64,000 nt of DNA. Origin: a virus. Below the pieces are notes generated by a model. The model ran no database searches. It was not told where the DNA came from and saw only the letters and a list, made by a program, of their open reading frames with translations. The position numbers and the translations under genes were made by a program. This document shows positions 17,838 to 27,389 of the stretch, one piece after another; positions within the stretch are counted from its first letter, which is position 1, and each line of letters opens with the position of its first letter. The stretch lies in IMG/VR virus record IMGVR_UViG_3300032516_000005; one strand, written 5' to 3'.

Positions 17838-18929
17838 TTACGCGCTCCGCTTGCGACGGTGAATCAACCAGTAGCTCCCACCGCCGACGGCGACGGCACC
17901 GCCGGCAACAGCGATCCAGAACAGCGGCTTCTTGTAGAGAGGAATTCCCTCTTGTTTCGGGTCTTGTGGAAGCGGTTGACCGGACCCTGGATCCGTCGGC
18001 GTAGGTTCCTCGCCACCCTTGGTTGTGCCTGGGGGCGGTTCGTCTGCGCCGAGACCACAGTCGCCGTAAAGGCAGCTGCCATCCACGTCGAAGAGGCCCA
18101 GGCCGGTCTTCGCACCGATCGGTACGTAGATCGACCAGACCTTCCGCTTGACGTTGAGGCGCGCGATCGATCCTGGCGGATACTTGGCCTTCGCGATGCC
18201 CGGCGTCGCGCCCGGCATTGCGCCTGGCGTTGCGCCTGGCGTTGCGCTCGGTGCCGTCGGTGACGCTTGCGGTGACAGCGTCATGTACTGCGGCCTGATC
18301 AGCGCCATCTGCGCCATCATGGCCGCCTTCGGGCTGATCGGCGTCGTCGGCGTCGGCGTCGGCGCTGTGGTCGGCGTCGGCGTCGGCGCTGTGGTCGTGG
18401 AGCCCGGCACTAGAATCCCGATGACCTTCAGGAGCGTTGGCGCCGCTTCACTCAGCTTGCTGAAGAACGTGTTCAGCGCGTTCTGGATCGTATTGGCGAT
18501 GTTGTTCACCGTCGAACACGAGCTGGGGTAAACCCGACATACGGTCGGTGCCATGCTGACGACCCACCCGACTTTGTCGGCGTCCCGAAGCAGCGACGGG
18601 ATGCTGAGGCTGATGAGTGGAACACCTTGCAGTGTCGAATCCATGCTTTGCAGCGCCTTGAACGCGCTCGTGATCCCCGACGCGACACTCGACGACCCGG
18701 CGATCTGCGCGAGCGCGCTGGCGAAGGTGCCGCCCTGGTCGCGGATGATCTCGTACACGGCAGCAGCGGTGTAGCCATCCATCACGCCGTTGGCCGTGAT
18801 GCCGTTGCCCTTGCCCGCTTTGATCAGCGCGTTCTGAAGCGCTTTGATGGCGGCTAGGTCGTAGCCTCCAAACCCTGTCGGGCCGTAGAAACCGGATGCG
18901 CCTGCGCTGAGAAATTGGGTCTGCAACAT
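17838..18929 (-). CDS. Mosaic tail-anchored putative virion protein (family A)
   Basis: GFGG leader, LQNAL..ITANG..T helix, YPPGSIARLN domain, CLYGDCGLGAD, PLYKKPLFW-TM-RRKR. Confidence 0.8.
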   Translation of the reverse strand: MLQTQFLSAGASGFYGPTGFGGYDLAAIKALQNALIKAGKGNGITANGVMDGYTAAAVYEIIRDQGGTFASALAQIAGSSSVASGITSAFKALQSMDSTLQGVPLISLSIPSLLRDADKVGWVVSMAPTVCRVYPSSCSTVNNIANTIQNALNTFFSKLSEAAPTLLKVIGILVPGSTTTAPTPTPTTAPTPTPTTPISPKAAMMAQMALIRPQYMTLSPQASPTAPSATPGATPGAMPGATPGIAKAKYPPGSIARLNVKRKVWSIYVPIGAKTGLGLFDVDGSCLYGDCGLGADEPPPGTTKGGEEPTPTDPGSGQPLPQDPKQEGIPLYKKPLFWIAVAGGAVAVGGGSYWLIHRRKRSA

Positions 18930-18956
18930 CCGCGTGCTCCTTGAGGTCAGTCGATC

Positions 18957-19013
18957 GATCGCGTGCGCGATCGGAACCCCTTCAAGCTACGCGGAGTGAC
19001 CCTACGCTGTCAA
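18957..19013 (-). promoter_or_regulatory. Promoter TTGACA-N18-TAGCTT with downstream operator
   Basis: -35 at 19008-19013, -10 at 18984-18989, GATCGCGTGCGCGATC at 18957-18972; same layout as 21804-21860. Confidence 0.85.
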
Positions 19014-20995
19014 ACGTGCCGACGGCGGTAGAGCACGTAACCGCCGCCGCCAATCGCTGCAGCGCCTGTGCCGACCGCAACCCAAAATAGCGGCTGCTTG
19101 TAAAGCGGCAGCGTTCCGGTCGCCTTCTGAAACGCCGTGCGTGGAACTGTTGGAACGCCGGCCGGCAACGTCGCTGGTTGCTCCACTACGAAGTGTGTCG
19201 CGCTCGAAGCACCCAATCCACTCAACGACGTTCCGATGCGGATCGCGACGAGATAACGGCCCGTCGCGGGATTGAACGTCGCGATAGTTCCTGCAGGATA
19301 ACGCGATCGCGACGGCAGCTGCGCCAGTGGAACGATGGGGGGCGTGAGTGGCAGCAGAGGACGTCCCGAAGGCGGTACAGGCGGCGGGCAGCCCATGACG
19401 ATGTCGGCTGCAGTCGCCATCGACATTGCTTTCGGTCCGATTGATGCTGGCATCAACGGCATCACCTTGGGCGGCGCCGATGTCGTCGAAGGCGGCGACT
19501 TTGGAAAGTCCTGCGCCAACAACTTGAGGACCGCGTAGATCAACTCCGCGACATCGAGCGCCGCACAGGCCATACGACCTTGTGCCGCACCTACGACAAC
19601 CGCTGCTGCTGCTGCTGGCGTCGCGACGATGCCTGCGCCCGTCGCTGCAACAGCTACGACGATGTCGCTGTTGATGATCGCGCAGCCGTACTCCTTGATC
19701 GTGTGATAGATCTCGCCGACGTTGTCTTCGATCCAGTTCCACGTATCTTTGGCGACTTCTTCGATTGCGTTTGCAGCGGCGCCAACCGCGTCGGCCGCGT
19801 AATCCCACGGGTACTTCGTGCCGCTATCTGGCCGAGGTCGGGGGATGGACTTGATCTTGAGCGTTTCGGTGCGTTCGTCCCAGAACGCGCCCATGTACGC
19901 AGCCTTTAGGTATCGCCCTTCGAAAACCTTGAAGGCGATCGCGCCGCGACGAACACTGAGTTCGGGGTGCCCCGAGACGCTTTCGTTCTTGTGCCTATCC
20001 CACTCCTTGAAATCCGCAGGCGCAAGGTTGGCCTTGGGCGCGTGCCCTTCGTACGTTGTGACGCCGCCCCAATCCGTATCGATGATCGCACGGCCCTTCA
20101 CCCATTCGCGGTGATCCCTGACGATGCCGCCAGCTGGGAAACTCGTCCCCGGCGGTACTCTTGGAATGTTGACGGCACAAGGTGTCCCGCACGGTGGATG
20201 TACACGAACGATAGGTGTGGCTGTCGAGATGGGCCCCGTACACGCTTGGCCTACGCGAAGCCGTTCCCAGTGACCTGAGACTGACGCTGTTGATCCGACC
20301 CAGATGAACGCCTTGTCAGCTGAGCACGTGCCTGGTGCCATTACGTCCGGCGCAGAACATGCGTCCAAACCGGACAGTCCAGACAGCAAAGGCCCGTGCA
20401 CGCGCGGATCATAGAAGACCGGCGCGCGGTACCCAGACAGGGACAGCGGTTCGCCGAACCCGCCTGACGGCGATGGCTTCGGAACGACTGCGATCAACGT
20501 CGCTAGCGGTGCCGCGGCTACTGCAATCGCCGACTTGACCGTTCCCATCGCGACATCGATCCCACTGGCGACGCTACCGCCACCGGGAATGATGCGAATG
20601 AGATCCAAGATCACGCTGTAGACGCTGTCGATGATCCACGGCGAGAGGATGATGCTGATGACCTGATCACCGTAAGGGATGAGGCCGATCGGCTTCTTGA
20701 TCAGGTTGACGACGTTCAGCGCCGCACCGACGACGGGATGGATCTGCTCGCCGATCACGTGCGCTGCGTTCGCCAGCGCGATGATCGTTCCCAGTGTCAT
20801 CTTGCCGTCGTACTGCGCGGGATCGATCTCGAACTTGCTACGGTCGAAAGCGAGCTTTCGCAGCTGCTCCTGTAGCAAACGCACGCCAACAGCAGCCGCA
20901 GTTGACACCGCCAAGTCGGCCGCTGAAGCGCCGAGTTGCAGGTTCTGTGGGGGCGCGCTGAGCAAGCTGCCGCTGGTGTAGCCTGCGAAGATCAT
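19010..20995 (-). CDS. Mosaic tail-anchored putative virion protein (family A)
   Basis: 661 aa; LQEQL..YDG..T helix, GHWERLRVG, long hydrophobic Ala-rich helices, YPAGTIATFN domain, SGLGA, PLYKQPLFW-TM-RRRH. Confidence 0.8.
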   Translation of the reverse strand: MIFAGYTSGSLLSAPPQNLQLGASAADLAVSTAAAVGVRLLQEQLRKLAFDRSKFEIDPAQYDGKMTLGTIIALANAAHVIGEQIHPVVGAALNVVNLIKKPIGLIPYGDQVISIILSPWIIDSVYSVILDLIRIIPGGGSVASGIDVAMGTVKSAIAVAAAPLATLIAVVPKPSPSGGFGEPLSLSGYRAPVFYDPRVHGPLLSGLSGLDACSAPDVMAPGTCSADKAFIWVGSTASVSGHWERLRVGQACTGPISTATPIVRVHPPCGTPCAVNIPRVPPGTSFPAGGIVRDHREWVKGRAIIDTDWGGVTTYEGHAPKANLAPADFKEWDRHKNESVSGHPELSVRRGAIAFKVFEGRYLKAAYMGAFWDERTETLKIKSIPRPRPDSGTKYPWDYAADAVGAAANAIEEVAKDTWNWIEDNVGEIYHTIKEYGCAIINSDIVVAVAATGAGIVATPAAAAAVVVGAAQGRMACAALDVAELIYAVLKLLAQDFPKSPPSTTSAPPKVMPLMPASIGPKAMSMATAADIVMGCPPPVPPSGRPLLPLTPPIVPLAQLPSRSRYPAGTIATFNPATGRYLVAIRIGTSLSGLGASSATHFVVEQPATLPAGVPTVPRTAFQKATGTLPLYKQPLFWVAVGTGAAAIGGGGYVLYRRRHV

Positions 20996-21789
20996 TTTGC
21001 GCGTCGCCGCCGGATCAGCCAGTAGCTTCCGCCACCGACGACCACGACAGCGCCTGCGATGATGGCCCAGTACAAGGGCTTCTCGTAGAAAGCGAGCGTG
21101 CCGGTCTGCTGCTTGAGCGTTTTCTCGGGGACTTGCGGAATCGGCGCGCCCGTCGCGTCTTTCGGTGGCGGCGCGTCAGCAGATTGCGTCTCGACGAGGG
21201 GCGACAGCGTAGGGGCACTGAAGATGCCGAAACCCGCAGTCACGCGCGGAATCGCGATGCGCCACTTCCCAGTTTTGGCGCTGAATGCCGTGATGGTACC
21301 TGGTGGGTACACGCTTGCGGGAACTGCACCGGGAACTGCACCGGGAACGGCACCGGCTCCTGCGTCAGGTACTGCACCAGGCACGGCGTCGGGGGCAGCT
21401 GGCGTCGGTGTTTTCGTCGGCGACGGCTGACGCATGAGCTGCGCGAAGATGTTTGACTTGGTGAACGTCGGTGCCGTCGGTGCCGTCGTTGGCGTCGGCG
21501 TCGGCGGTGGCAATGTCGTTGGCGCAGTAGATGGCCCCAGAGCCATAGCCGCACCGAAACCAAAACCGTATCCGGTCGTCGGCGTGTGCTGCTCCATCTG
21601 TTGACCACGTCCAGCGCACGCGCCTTGTGCGCCGGCCGTGCTGTACGCACCCATGGCTTGCGGAATCGAACGGCTCGCGGCGACACCGTCAATGTGTGGT
21701 CCGATGCCGCACGCGATGTTCTGGAGGACTTCAACCTCTGCTGAGTCGCCAAGCGCGTGCGCCAGGCCGTTACGCTGTGCAAAAAGCAT
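20992..21789 (-). CDS. Mosaic tail-anchored putative virion protein (family A)
   Basis: MLFAQRNGL..ALGD leader, GFGFGA, YPPGTITAFS domain, FYEKPLYW-TM-RRRR. Confidence 0.8.
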   Translation of the reverse strand: MLFAQRNGLAHALGDSAEVEVLQNIACGIGPHIDGVAASRSIPQAMGAYSTAGAQGACAGRGQQMEQHTPTTGYGFGFGAAMALGPSTAPTTLPPPTPTPTTAPTAPTFTKSNIFAQLMRQPSPTKTPTPAAPDAVPGAVPDAGAGAVPGAVPGAVPASVYPPGTITAFSAKTGKWRIAIPRVTAGFGIFSAPTLSPLVETQSADAPPPKDATGAPIPQVPEKTLKQQTGTLAFYEKPLYWAIIAGAVVVVGGGSYWLIRRRRAK

Positions 21790-21803
21790 GTGGGCTCCAG
21801 GTC

Positions 21804-21860
21804 GATCGCGTGCGCGATCTCGACGCTTTCAAGCTACCTGTCGCATGCGTGCGTTGTCAA
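21804..21860 (-). promoter_or_regulatory. Promoter TTGACA-N18-TAGCTT with downstream operator
   Basis: -35 at 21855-21860, -10 at 21831-21836, GATCGCGTGCGCGATC at 21804-21819; divergent with the protease gene. Confidence 0.85.
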
Positions 21861-21890
21861 ACCTTTCGCCAGCATGATAGCGTTCTTGAC

Positions 21891-22694
21891 ATGCCTAGCC
21901 GCGCGCTCATGCGCCGACCTGCCGACGGAGCGCTTGGCGCCACCACCGAAGGTCTCCGTCCCACAACCGGAGAAAAGACTGCCATCGTCGCGATGATCGC
22001 AGGTGGGATCGCCGTGATCGGTGGAGCGATCGCGTACAGCGTCGCTGCACGACGCCGCACGCAGGTGCTACGCGGCGCACTTGGCCGCGTCGAAGCTCGC
22101 GTGAAGCAGGGCGGTATGACGCTCACGCATCACTACGATCCCGAGATGCCGATCGGACAGCGTGTCAAGATCCTGCAAGACCTCGTGTGGAAGGGCGTGC
22201 AGAACCCGCAGATGCGTGAGCTGGCGCTCGCGATCACCGGCAACGGCACACGCGACGTCACGGTCGGCAAGCGGCGATTCAGCGTCAAGGGCGCGAACTG
22301 TCCGGCGCGCGACGGACTCTGCGAAGCCGAGTCGATCTACAACTGGACGAAGAGCAACATCCGCTACACGGGTGACGTCGCGCCCGTGACGATGCCCGGC
22401 GGTGAAGTCGAGGGCGTTGACCTGTTCCAGAGCGCGCTCCGCACCGTCGAGTTCGGCGGTGAGGACTGCGACGGGCACACCATCGTGACGTCGACGCTGC
22501 TCGCGCTCAACGGCATCCCGCCGAAGTTCCGCATCACGGCACCGTCGAAGTCGAGCGACTGGGCACACATTTACGGGCTCGCTGGCCTGCCGAAGACCCA
22601 GCCCACTCGGTGGGTAGCGCTCGACACGACGCTGCCCGGGAACATGTTTGGTCGGGAAGCTCCGAATGCCAAGCACATGGACTTCGTGGCGTAG
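21891..22694 (+). CDS. Membrane-anchored transglutaminase-like cysteine protease (putative maturation protease)
   Basis: IYNWTKSNIRYTGD, GEDCDGH (Cys), WAHIY (His), WVALDTT (Asp); N-terminal TM; start reset to MPSRAL, 7 nt after TAGCGT. Confidence 0.8.
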   Translation: MPSRALMRRPADGALGATTEGLRPTTGEKTAIVAMIAGGIAVIGGAIAYSVAARRRTQVLRGALGRVEARVKQGGMTLTHHYDPEMPIGQRVKILQDLVWKGVQNPQMRELALAITGNGTRDVTVGKRRFSVKGANCPARDGLCEAESIYNWTKSNIRYTGDVAPVTMPGGEVEGVDLFQSALRTVEFGGEDCDGHTIVTSTLLALNGIPPKFRITAPSKSSDWAHIYGLAGLPKTQPTRWVALDTTLPGNMFGREAPNAKHMDFVA

Positions 22695-22703
22695 GAGATC
22701 ATC

Positions 22704-23080
22704 GTGGCCAAGACTTGCAAAATCCCACGTGTGTTCGACGTGTGCACGAAGACGCTGAGCTTGCGTGGACACACTACCGCATCACCGGCCAGGGCATCCC
22801 CGTGATGTTGATCGACAGCAAGAAGCGCTACAAGAACGTCCTCGTGTCGGCGTCGTCGCGTTTCGCGCAACACGGTGCGCAGCCCGAAGTGAGTCTGTTC
22901 GCTGCACGCGCGAACGGCGAACCGCTACGCAATGCTGAAGGTCAGCTGATCCAGCTCTGGGGCGGTGGTCGTGGCGACCTGAGTGCCAGCCGTGCGTTGA
23001 AAGACGCGGGCGCCACGAAGGTCACGTCGTGTTCACAAGTCTCGCGCAGTTCGTTGGATCGTCGTCGACGTCGTCGGTAG
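22704..23080 (+). CDS. Hypothetical protein with poly-Arg tail; 5' end apparently frameshifted
   Basis: GGAG-GTG at 22704 is out of frame with the main ORF; one extra A in TGCAAAATCCC restores MAKTCKNPTCVRRV. Confidence 0.45.
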
Positions 23081-23085
23081 AACTT

Positions 23086-23418
23086 GTGCCGGTTCACTAC
23101 TACCAAGACGACAACGGCTACCTCGTCTACGAGAACACGAACACCGGCAAGACCGCGCGCGTCTGGGACGGTGACCTCGTCAGCGCCGTCGAGATTTGCA
23201 AGGACTGGCACGGCGGGCAGAACAGCCCGTGCTACCGCATGATGTCGAACGACTTCTCGTATCGAAACCTGAAGCGCGTGCTCGGCGAGCTGCGCAAAGC
23301 GCAGCACCTGGCTGACAACACCGACGCGAAGATCGACGGCGACGACTACCTGGACTTGCTGACGACGATCGAAGATCTCGAAGGCATCGTCGCGCGCATC
23401 GACAAGATCGCGGATTAG
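23086..23418 (+). CDS. Hypothetical protein
   Basis: MPVHYYQDDNG...; strongly C-ending codons; in the protease operon. Confidence 0.65.
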   Translation: MPVHYYQDDNGYLVYENTNTGKTARVWDGDLVSAVEICKDWHGGQNSPCYRMMSNDFSYRNLKRVLGELRKAQHLADNTDAKIDGDDYLDLLTTIEDLEGIVARIDKIAD

Positions 23419-23422
23419 TCAT

Positions 23423-24010
23423 ATGCCCGAGTTCAACTACTTTGGACGACTCGCGCTGGTCGACTACCGTACGTTCGTGCCGATCGTCGCCCAAGCGTAT
23501 CTGGCTCGGCCTGTCTTCGAAGAGTCAGCCGCTCCAGCGTGGGTTGCGCTGCGTGACAACACGAATCGGCTGTTCAAGCAGATGTCACGCAAGGTCAACG
23601 TCGTGTTCACGGAGCAAGATCCGTATCCTGACTTCGAAGCCATGCAGCGCGACATCGAGAACAACCGCCGGATGCTCATCTGGACTGGCGCCAGCGACCA
23701 CGGCGTCTGGACGCCCGAAGAGAACTGGCGCTTCCGTGCCGTACACGATTACATGGTGCACTTGGCAGGCGGGCACCTATTCACGTTGCGCGGCGAGATG
23801 GCGGCGTACAACCGTCACGTCAAGATTGCGCCACCGCGTGCTCGGCCAGCGCTGTTCGCTGAAGTCGTCGGTCAGGTCTGCACGTACCTGTATCTTGACA
23901 ACCAGTTTCCACCGCAGAAGATCTGTCAACTCTACGGCTTCGACTACGTCAACGTCGGGCTGTGGAATGCCGTTGATTACGAACGGAATTTCCTGCACTC
24001 AAGTTCTTGA
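23423..24010 (+). CDS. Putative metal-binding protein (FRAVHDxxxH...GE motif)
   Basis: NWRFRAVHDYMVH...FTLRGEMAAY..H...ALFAEVVGQ resembles a zincin-like module of large phage proteins. Confidence 0.55.
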   Translation: MPEFNYFGRLALVDYRTFVPIVAQAYLARPVFEESAAPAWVALRDNTNRLFKQMSRKVNVVFTEQDPYPDFEAMQRDIENNRRMLIWTGASDHGVWTPEENWRFRAVHDYMVHLAGGHLFTLRGEMAAYNRHVKIAPPRARPALFAEVVGQVCTYLYLDNQFPPQKICQLYGFDYVNVGLWNAVDYERNFLHSSS

Positions 24011-24017
24011 TGATGCC

Positions 24018-24302
24018 CTAGCTGCTGCGTCGACGTGCACGTAGCGTAAGCATCGCCGCAACGCCCGCACCGATCGCTGCGAGCCCTGCAATCGCGACGC
24101 CCGGCACGATGACCTTCAGAGCTGCGCTACGTACGTTGCAGCGAACAGCGTCGACCAACGCAGCGTTGACGTTGCGGGCATCCTCATTGCTGATGACCTG
24201 CATGTTGAGGACTTTGATCTCGGTGAGTTTCTTGGCCAACGTGTTCGGGTCGGCCGTAGCGCAGGCCGCGCCGAATGGTTGTGCGTACGAGAGTGCAAGC
24301 AT
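24018..24302 (-). CDS. Small tail-anchored putative virion protein
   Basis: MLALSYAQPFGA leader, Cys pair, TM plus RARRR. Confidence 0.65.
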   Translation of the reverse strand: MLALSYAQPFGAACATADPNTLAKKLTEIKVLNMQVISNEDARNVNAALVDAVRCNVRSAALKVIVPGVAIAGLAAIGAGVAAMLTLRARRRSS

Positions 24303-24920
24303 CTAGGTATGCTCACATACAACGGCCGTCACGTCCGTTGGAGATTTCGGTAACAAATCACTGTGACCCACAACTTCGCCGTCGACGATCGCGAATCTCT
24401 TAGCGTCCATCTGACGACCCTTGAAAAATTCGCGCATATCGAAGCGCAGCTGACGCCCTACACGTACGAACGGAATGTTGCGTTCTCGCACGTGTCGACG
24501 AATCGTTTGGACACTGAGGTTGCAAGCCTGTGAAATCTGCGAAATGTTGGCTAGCGGCTTGAGTTCCAACTTGTCGAGCAGCGAGTCGATCTCATTGACT
24601 GTCGCCGTACGCGACTCGACCTTCACGACCACGCGTTCTATGTTCGCTGTGTGTTGTGCGATGTACGCCAGCAGCTTCGCGTCAGGATGAAACCATTCAC
24701 CGTGGTCACGCGCGGAAGCGAACTTGGCGTGGAGTTTTTGTTCCAGTGCACCTGCGTGACTTGTGAGCTGGACGCCCAGCAGGTGTAGTCGACACGGACT
24801 TCCTCCGATTAGTCCGTTGAAGCGCGACGCGAAATTACTGGTAGCCCCGATCTTGATCAACTTTTCAGGCATCGCGGCTTGGACGAAGTACACCAAATCG
24901 AATCCGATCAAGTGTTTCAC
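24303..24920 (-). CDS. GIY-YIG (T5orf172/MUG113-like) domain fused to an excisionase-like HTH
   Basis: VYFVQ..LIKIG...R...LEQKLHAKF...GEWF; LSVQTIRR...IPFVRVGRQLRF. Confidence 0.75.
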   Translation of the reverse strand: MKHLIGFDLVYFVQAAMPEKLIKIGATSNFASRFNGLIGGSPCRLHLLGVQLTSHAGALEQKLHAKFASARDHGEWFHPDAKLLAYIAQHTANIERVVVKVESRTATVNEIDSLLDKLELKPLANISQISQACNLSVQTIRRHVRERNIPFVRVGRQLRFDMREFFKGRQMDAKRFAIVDGEVVGHSDLLPKSPTDVTAVVCEHT

Positions 24921-25105
24921 GGCTTGCGCTTCAGGTACGTCATGACGTCGTTAGGGACGAACCGAACCTGGCCCTGAACTACGAGTTTAGGAAAGTCACG
25001 TTTCTTCGTGAGACGCAGAACTGTTCGCGGACTGACCTGAAGAAATCGCGCGAGCTGCTTGGGTGTGATGGGTCGTTCCCAGGCTGGATGACCGGATTGC
25101 GTCAC
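24917..25105 (-). CDS. Excisionase-like HTH_17 protein
   Basis: ITPKQLARFLQVSPRTVLRL...FP...GQVRF...V..YL; start uncertain. Confidence 0.7.
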   Translation of the reverse strand: MTQSGHPAWERPITPKQLARFLQVSPRTVLRLTKKRDFPKLVVQGQVRFVPNDVMTYLKRKP

Positions 25106-25209
25106 GGGAATTGCGTTTGTCGCTGTGTCTCCTAGCGAACGTAATTTTCTTCTCCTCACGCAATTACTTCTATCACGTCGTCGGAAGAATGTCGAAACGC
25201 GCCACAAGT

Positions 25210-25302
25210 GATCGCTGTTGGGACTGTCGTCTACGTGCCAGTAGTAACCATGTGAAATTGCTAGTGAATCAACTTGATCGCGGGCGCGATCGCCAGTAGG
25301 TT
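25210..25302 (+). promoter_or_regulatory. Two operator-like sites and -10 box of the capsid operon
   Basis: GATCGCTGTTGGGACT at 25210-25225, GATCGCGGGCGCGATC at 25276-25291, TAGGTT-N7-ATG. Confidence 0.75.
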
Positions 25303-25309
25303 GAACAAC

Positions 25310-26194
25310 ATGATGGTCCCGTGGACGGCGGCACAACACGCCTCGATGCATTGGCGCCCCGACGCGATCACGCGAACGGGCGTCATCGAGCCGATGTGGA
25401 TTCGCCAGGTCAGTCCAGTGGACATGGCGCGGCACACGATCGATCCGTTCATCAACAGCGTGCGTGGGCCAGGCCCCGCCGTGTCGCCCTACCCGTCGCC
25501 CGAAGACATCGCCTACGTCGCAGGCAAGCTCGCGCAAGAGTTTGCGCGCGGTCGCGCTGCCGTGATCTCTCTCGGTACCGAGAAGATCAGGGTCACTGCA
25601 GGCACGCCGCCGGCTGGTGGCATCGTCGGAACGATCACCGCAGCTGCCCAACAGCTCGCACGCGGCAGCACGGTTGCCATCGAAGTCGGTGGACGACGTG
25701 TGATCGTCTGCTGCAGCGGTCCTGGCGGTGAGCCCGTCGTGGCATCAGCGGCTTCCGCCGCGCCCGCGAAGCCGACGCACACTGAAGCTTCCGCCGCGCC
25801 CGCGAAGCCGACGCACACTGAAGTTTCGGTGCGCGACGGCAACGGCTTCGGTACGCCGTTGATCGCGAACACGATCCTTCCCAAGGTCCCGCAGCCGGGC
25901 AACGTTCCGCAGTTCCCGTATCTCGACTACGGAAGCTACTACCGCGAGAAGATCTACGACGACAACATGTGGGCGCGTCGCACGGCGCAAGCGACCCTTG
26001 CACAACGGTTTGCACCCGTACCGATTCAGATGATGAATGCCGCGAACCGGCATCCAATCCTGAACGCGCAGCATCAGGCTCAGACGCCACTGCACTCGCG
26101 CGCACCGATGGCACAGAAGCGCATGCCCGAGCCCGCGCGCGTGTTCCCGCAGCAGGTCGCGATGACGTACATGGTTCGCAAGGAGCAACGCTGA
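25310..26194 (+). CDS. Putative virion protein
   Basis: First gene of the capsid operon; NGFG motif; internal duplication ASAAPAKPTHTE. Confidence 0.65.
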   Translation: MMVPWTAAQHASMHWRPDAITRTGVIEPMWIRQVSPVDMARHTIDPFINSVRGPGPAVSPYPSPEDIAYVAGKLAQEFARGRAAVISLGTEKIRVTAGTPPAGGIVGTITAAAQQLARGSTVAIEVGGRRVIVCCSGPGGEPVVASAASAAPAKPTHTEASAAPAKPTHTEVSVRDGNGFGTPLIANTILPKVPQPGNVPQFPYLDYGSYYREKIYDDNMWARRTAQATLAQRFAPVPIQMMNAANRHPILNAQHQAQTPLHSRAPMAQKRMPEPARVFPQQVAMTYMVRKEQR

Positions 26195-26445
26195 TGCCCA
26201 GCGTGTTCACCATTGACGGCGCCACCGTGCCGCCTGCCAAGCCGGCGAAGGCCAAGCGTGTGCGCAAGACTGCCACGCTCGGTGACACGCCCGTCATCGG
26301 CTTCTGCAAGTCCGTGAGCAATCCCAAAACCAGCTGCGAGATGCAGCTCTGTTACGTCGGACTCGGTACGCGCACGCGCACCGGCAAGAAGAGCCGGACC
26401 GGCTGGGAATTCCAACAAGGGTCTTCGCGCTGTTCGCGACGCTAG
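26194..26445 (+). CDS. Small basic Cys-containing protein
   Basis: AAGGAG RBS, TGATG coupling; TLGD then a 4-Cys basic domain. Confidence 0.65.
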   Translation: MPSVFTIDGATVPPAKPAKAKRVRKTATLGDTPVIGFCKSVSNPKTSCEMQLCYVGLGTRTRTGKKSRTGWEFQQGSSRCSRR

Positions 26446-26495
26446 CGCGCCACGACAACGCTTTTTTTCAACGACAACCAGAGAAGGACAAGATC

Positions 26496-27389
26496 ATGAA
26501 GAACGACAGTGGCGCGCTTGGTAACTACGGCGAAGGTGAAGACATGGGCGTTGGCGAGGTCGACATGTTCGGCCTCGACGAGTTCGGTCAGCCCGTCGGC
26601 GACGCGATGTGGGGTTCCGTCATCGGTGGCGGCATCGGTACAGGCGTCGCGATCATGACGCGTGCGATGACCGCGACGTCCTCGACGCTCCATCAGTACA
26701 GCGAGTTGACCGGCCTCGTGGCTGGCGGCGCTGCGGGTGGCGTCATGATGGCGTTCGAAGGCACGCGCCGCATGGGCATCGCCGCGATCGCGACCGCGCT
26801 CGTGACCAACGGGCTGCGTCAGCTGGAGCGGTCACTGTTCGCGCCGCAATCCACGGTCGCCGAACTTCAGGCACAACTCGCTGCAGCCATCGCTGACAAG
26901 GATGGCAAGTCGGCATCCGTGAAGCTGCCTCCGAAGGGCGCCGGCTGGGGTGGGGTCGTGATGGATCCGACCGCGGTCATCCAGCCCTACCAGGGCAACG
27001 GCTTCGGCATCCACTCGATCGAGCCCGGTTACGTCGTCCCGGCGAACCTGCCGTCGATCATGAACGGCTTCGGTGGACCGGGCAACGTCACGATGAACCC
27101 GACGGGCGTCATCTGGCCGCAGGGTCACCCGAACGCGGGCTTCGGCGCTGCGGCGATCGAGCCGGGCTACCTGATCCCGGGTTCGAACAACGGCAGCTTC
27201 GCGTCGGGCGGTGGCGCAGGCTTTGGGATCGATCAGCCGGAGACGATGGGACCGCCGACGCTCGTCGGTGCCGGTGACTACGGCATGGGCAACAACGCGG
27301 GCGCCACGCAGACCCGCCTCCTCGGCGGCCCGAACGTGTCGTCCATGGGCGCGCACTTCGGCGCGACCCTGTTCGGCGGCAGCAACTAA
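26496..27389 (+). CDS. Gly/FG-repeat-rich membrane protein upstream of the capsid gene
   Basis: AGGA RBS, highly biased codons, 2-3 Gly-zipper TMs, more than 10 [FLM]G motifs. Confidence 0.8.
   Translation: MKNDSGALGNYGEGEDMGVGEVDMFGLDEFGQPVGDAMWGSVIGGGIGTGVAIMTRAMTATSSTLHQYSELTGLVAGGAAGGVMMAFEGTRRMGIAAIATALVTNGLRQLERSLFAPQSTVAELQAQLAAAIADKDGKSASVKLPPKGAGWGGVVMDPTAVIQPYQGNGFGIHSIEPGYVVPANLPSIMNGFGGPGNVTMNPTGVIWPQGHPNAGFGAAAIEPGYLIPGSNNGSFASGGGAGFGIDQPETMGPPTLVGAGDYGMGNNAGATQTRLLGGPNVSSMGAHFGATLFGGSN

Noticed and set aside
16383-21789. C-terminal tails as LPXTG, PEP-CTERM or MYXO-CTERM sorting signals
   Set aside because: Signature motifs absent and the proteins lack N-terminal signal peptides
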